From Candidatus Bathyarchaeota archaeon (lineage in GTDB: Archaea > Thermoproteota > Bathyarchaeia > Bathyarchaeales > Bathyarchaeaceae), in assembly GCA_963697165.1 (NCBI GenBank), contig CAVOMX010000011.1, positions 139,524 to 203,523 of the forward strand: a DNA stretch of 64,000 nucleotides. Direction: 5' to 3'. The notes beneath the pieces were generated by a model. The model was not told where the DNA came from. It saw only the letters and a list, made by a program, of their open reading frames with translations, and did no database searches. The translations under genes and the position numbers were made by a program. Positions 61,841-64,000 of this stretch are shown here, piece by piece; position 1 is the first letter of the stretch; each line of letters begins with the position of its first letter.

Positions 61841-62869
61841 TTAGTTTCGATTTGGTTCTAGGATTACCTTCAATGATTTTCCTGCTTCTGCTACGAGCCT
61901 GAAGCCTTCGGCTGCCTCTCGGATGTCTAGTCTGTGGGTTATCATGTCCGAGACGTTGATCCGCTTTTGTGCTAGAATCTGCAGGGCTTCCTCTAGGTCT
62001 CTTGGCGCTGCTCCATATGATGTTTTTATTGTTATTTCGTTTCTCCAGAATTGGGTTATAGGTATCGGAATCTTGATTGTGGGGTCTGGAACCGCAAAAA
62101 AGAGGATTGTTCCTCCACGGTCTACACAGTCTAGCGCAGTTAATGCCGCCTTCTCTGCACCCGTGCACACTATTACCTTGTCTGCCGCTTTTCCATCGTT
62201 AAGTTTTTTCAGTTGCTGCGATAAGTCATCTTTGGCAACTATCACGTGGTCTGCTCCAAACTTCTCTGCAAGTTCAAGGCGATCAGGGTTTATGTCAGCC
62301 GCAAAAATCTTTTGTACCCCCTTCAGTTTTGACAGCTGTATGTGGAGTATTCCTGCCATTCCGCTTCCAATTATCAGGATGGTGTCGTTTTTGTTTATGT
62401 CTGCTAGCCTTTGTCCTCTGACTGCGCATGCCAATGGTTCAATAAATGTTCCCGTTTCATAGGACATGTTGGGTGACAGCGTGTAAACTCCGGTTTCTAC
62501 GTTAATTTTTGGCACTCGTATGTATTGAGAGAAGCCACCAGGATAGTAGTTTGTTGTGTGGAGGGTTTCGCAGGCTGTGTGTGCATCTTTTTGGCAGTAG
62601 TGGCATTTGTTGCAGGGTACGTGATGTGAAACGAAGATGCGGTCTCCAACCTTGTATTTAGTTACATTTTCTCCTGCTTTCTCTATGATTCCTGTGGCTT
62701 CATGCCCAAAAACCCGAGGAGCCTTAGGGAGCCTGTACCACTCTACCACGTCTGTTCCACATATTCCGCTTGCCATGACTTTCAATAATATTTCGTCAGA
62801 TCCAATCTCGGGTTTAGGGACATCCTCGATTCTTATGTCCCTGTTGTTGTGGTAGACCACTACGAGCAT
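61841..62869 (-). CDS. Zn-dependent alcohol/polyol dehydrogenase (MDR family)
   Basis: GICGTD, GHE, CNKCHYC...C, GSGMAG. Confidence 0.9.
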   Translation of the reverse strand: MLVVVYHNNRDIRIEDVPKPEIGSDEILLKVMASGICGTDVVEWYRLPKAPRVFGHEATGIIEKAGENVTKYKVGDRIFVSHHVPCNKCHYCQKDAHTACETLHTTNYYPGGFSQYIRVPKINVETGVYTLSPNMSYETGTFIEPLACAVRGQRLADINKNDTILIIGSGMAGILHIQLSKLKGVQKIFAADINPDRLELAEKFGADHVIVAKDDLSQQLKKLNDGKAADKVIVCTGAEKAALTALDCVDRGGTILFFAVPDPTIKIPIPITQFWRNEITIKTSYGAAPRDLEEALQILAQKRINVSDMITHRLDIREAAEGFRLVAEAGKSLKVILEPNRN

Positions 62870-62895
62870 TAATTCACCAAAAAATTTGGGGAGGC

Positions 62896-63693
62896 TTATG
62901 CCTTTCCCGATTTCACTTCTTCAAATAGCTGTTGTGCTTCTTTGGGCGTGAGGTTTTCGTGAATTACGCCACGTATAGCCCGTATCATAGCCACGGGGTA
63001 CTGGTGCTGCCAGACGTTTCTGCCAAGGTTCACGCCAATAGCACCCTTCTGCATACCGTCGTAAACAAATTCGAACACTTCTAATGCAGTGTCAACTTTT
63101 GGTCCACCTGCGATTACCACGGGAACGGGGCAGCCGTCAACAACTTTGTCGAAGTCTTCTTCGCAGTAGTATGTTTTGACTACTCTGGCGCCTAGCTCAG
63201 CTGCTATTCTGGAGCACAAGCCTAGGTATCGGGCGGTACGTTTTTCGAGTTCTCTACCTACTGCGGTTACTGCCATGACGGGTATGCCGTAGTCTTCGCA
63301 TTGGTCAACGAGCCTTGCGAAGTTCATCAAAGTTTGGTGTTCATATTTGCTTCCCACGTAAATGGACATGGATACGGCGCTGGCGTTTAAGCGAAGAATC
63401 TCATTGATTGAGGTTATTTGTCCTTCGTTAGAGAGGTCGTCTCCTACTACGCTGTTGCCTCCCGAAACCCTGAGAATCACTGGTTTCTCGATTGATGGGT
63501 CTACGCAGTTTCTGAGTACACCTCGGGTCATCATTATGGCGTCTGCGTATGGAATCAAGGGTTTTATTGTTTCTCCGGGTTTCTCCAGTTTACTGGTTGG
63601 TCCCTGAAAATATCCGTGGTCGACGGGCAGAAAGAGTGCTTTTCCGTCTTTCTGTATGAGTTTATTTAATCTGTTTTGGATTCCCCAATCCAT
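62896..63693 (-). CDS. lsrF: LsrF-like class I aldolase/thiolase (DhnA family)
   Basis: MDWGIQNRL, DHGYFQGP, AELGARVVKTYYC, AGGPK, GRNVWQ. Confidence 0.85.
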   Translation of the reverse strand: MDWGIQNRLNKLIQKDGKALFLPVDHGYFQGPTSKLEKPGETIKPLIPYADAIMMTRGVLRNCVDPSIEKPVILRVSGGNSVVGDDLSNEGQITSINEILRLNASAVSMSIYVGSKYEHQTLMNFARLVDQCEDYGIPVMAVTAVGRELEKRTARYLGLCSRIAAELGARVVKTYYCEEDFDKVVDGCPVPVVIAGGPKVDTALEVFEFVYDGMQKGAIGVNLGRNVWQHQYPVAMIRAIRGVIHENLTPKEAQQLFEEVKSGKA

Positions 63694-63694
63694 T

Positions 63695-63925
63695 TTATTT
63701 TCCTCCCTCATCTTGTGGTCTTAGGATTAAATAGCCTTTTTCTATTAGCCAATGGTGAAAATGCCAGGTGGTGTATCTGCAGTCTGTGCTGCATGTTTTT
63801 CTGACTTGTTCATATTCGCCTGAACCTGAAGTGAGCGTATTCAATTCAACTTGCACGGGACAGTTTATGTCATTGCAGAATTCTCTGCGTTTATACTCGA
63901 TGAAACCTTCAAAAGTCATGCTCAT
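63695..63925 (-). CDS. Small Cys/His-rich hypothetical protein, immediately upstream of lsrF
   Basis: FCNDINCP...CSTDC..TWHFHHWL. Confidence 0.75.
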   Translation of the reverse strand: MSMTFEGFIEYKRREFCNDINCPVQVELNTLTSGSGEYEQVRKTCSTDCRYTTWHFHHWLIEKGYLILRPQDEGGK

Positions 63926-64000
63926 CCATCTCGAATGGTTCCTTTTTGTTTATTCAGAACTAAAAGTTTTCTGAAAAAAGGCTGTTTTCAACAATCAGCT

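Noticed and set aside
61923..62462. Long antisense ORFs (also 50667-51197, 41856-42323, 28985-29482)
   Set aside because: They are shadow frames of well-supported genes on the opposite strand.

Overview
Archaeal chromosomal window, probably TACK and most likely Bathyarchaeia. This is inferred from eS26, eL31, eL39, eS19, LX, aIF6, Alba, archease, archaeal-type ThrRS/ProRS and a PEF-type sorting-signal remnant. Content is mostly housekeeping: trpB2, nrdJ, argF, nadE, the ftsY-pfdA-rplX-aIF6-rpl31e-rpl39e-rps19e-rpp21 cluster, nep1, ilvE, thrS, alba, rps26e, proS, AOR, a metal ABC transporter, rps10, presenilin, TET peptidase, rpiA, thiolase-like/HMG-CoA synthase, SSB, pyrG, corA and lsrF, plus three tRNAs (Met with an intron, Ser, Gln). 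I see no transposase, integrase, CRISPR array or rRNA. About 17 genes, several essential, carry frameshifts; those traced in rpl31e, thrS, pgsA and proS are single extra bases and look like assembly errors. Best leads: (1) conserved genes that seem to start at ACG or CTG (rpl39e, corA, pfdA); (2) a thiolase-fold protein lacking its catalytic residues beside a DUF35-HMG-CoA synthase fusion; (3) a metal ABC operon with a NikR-like operator and a His-poor, Cys/Met-containing binding protein; (4) a tRNA-Met with a variable-loop intron plus G37 and C54; (5) an unannotated 28-aa very basic peptide. All family calls come from reading motifs; no database search was run.
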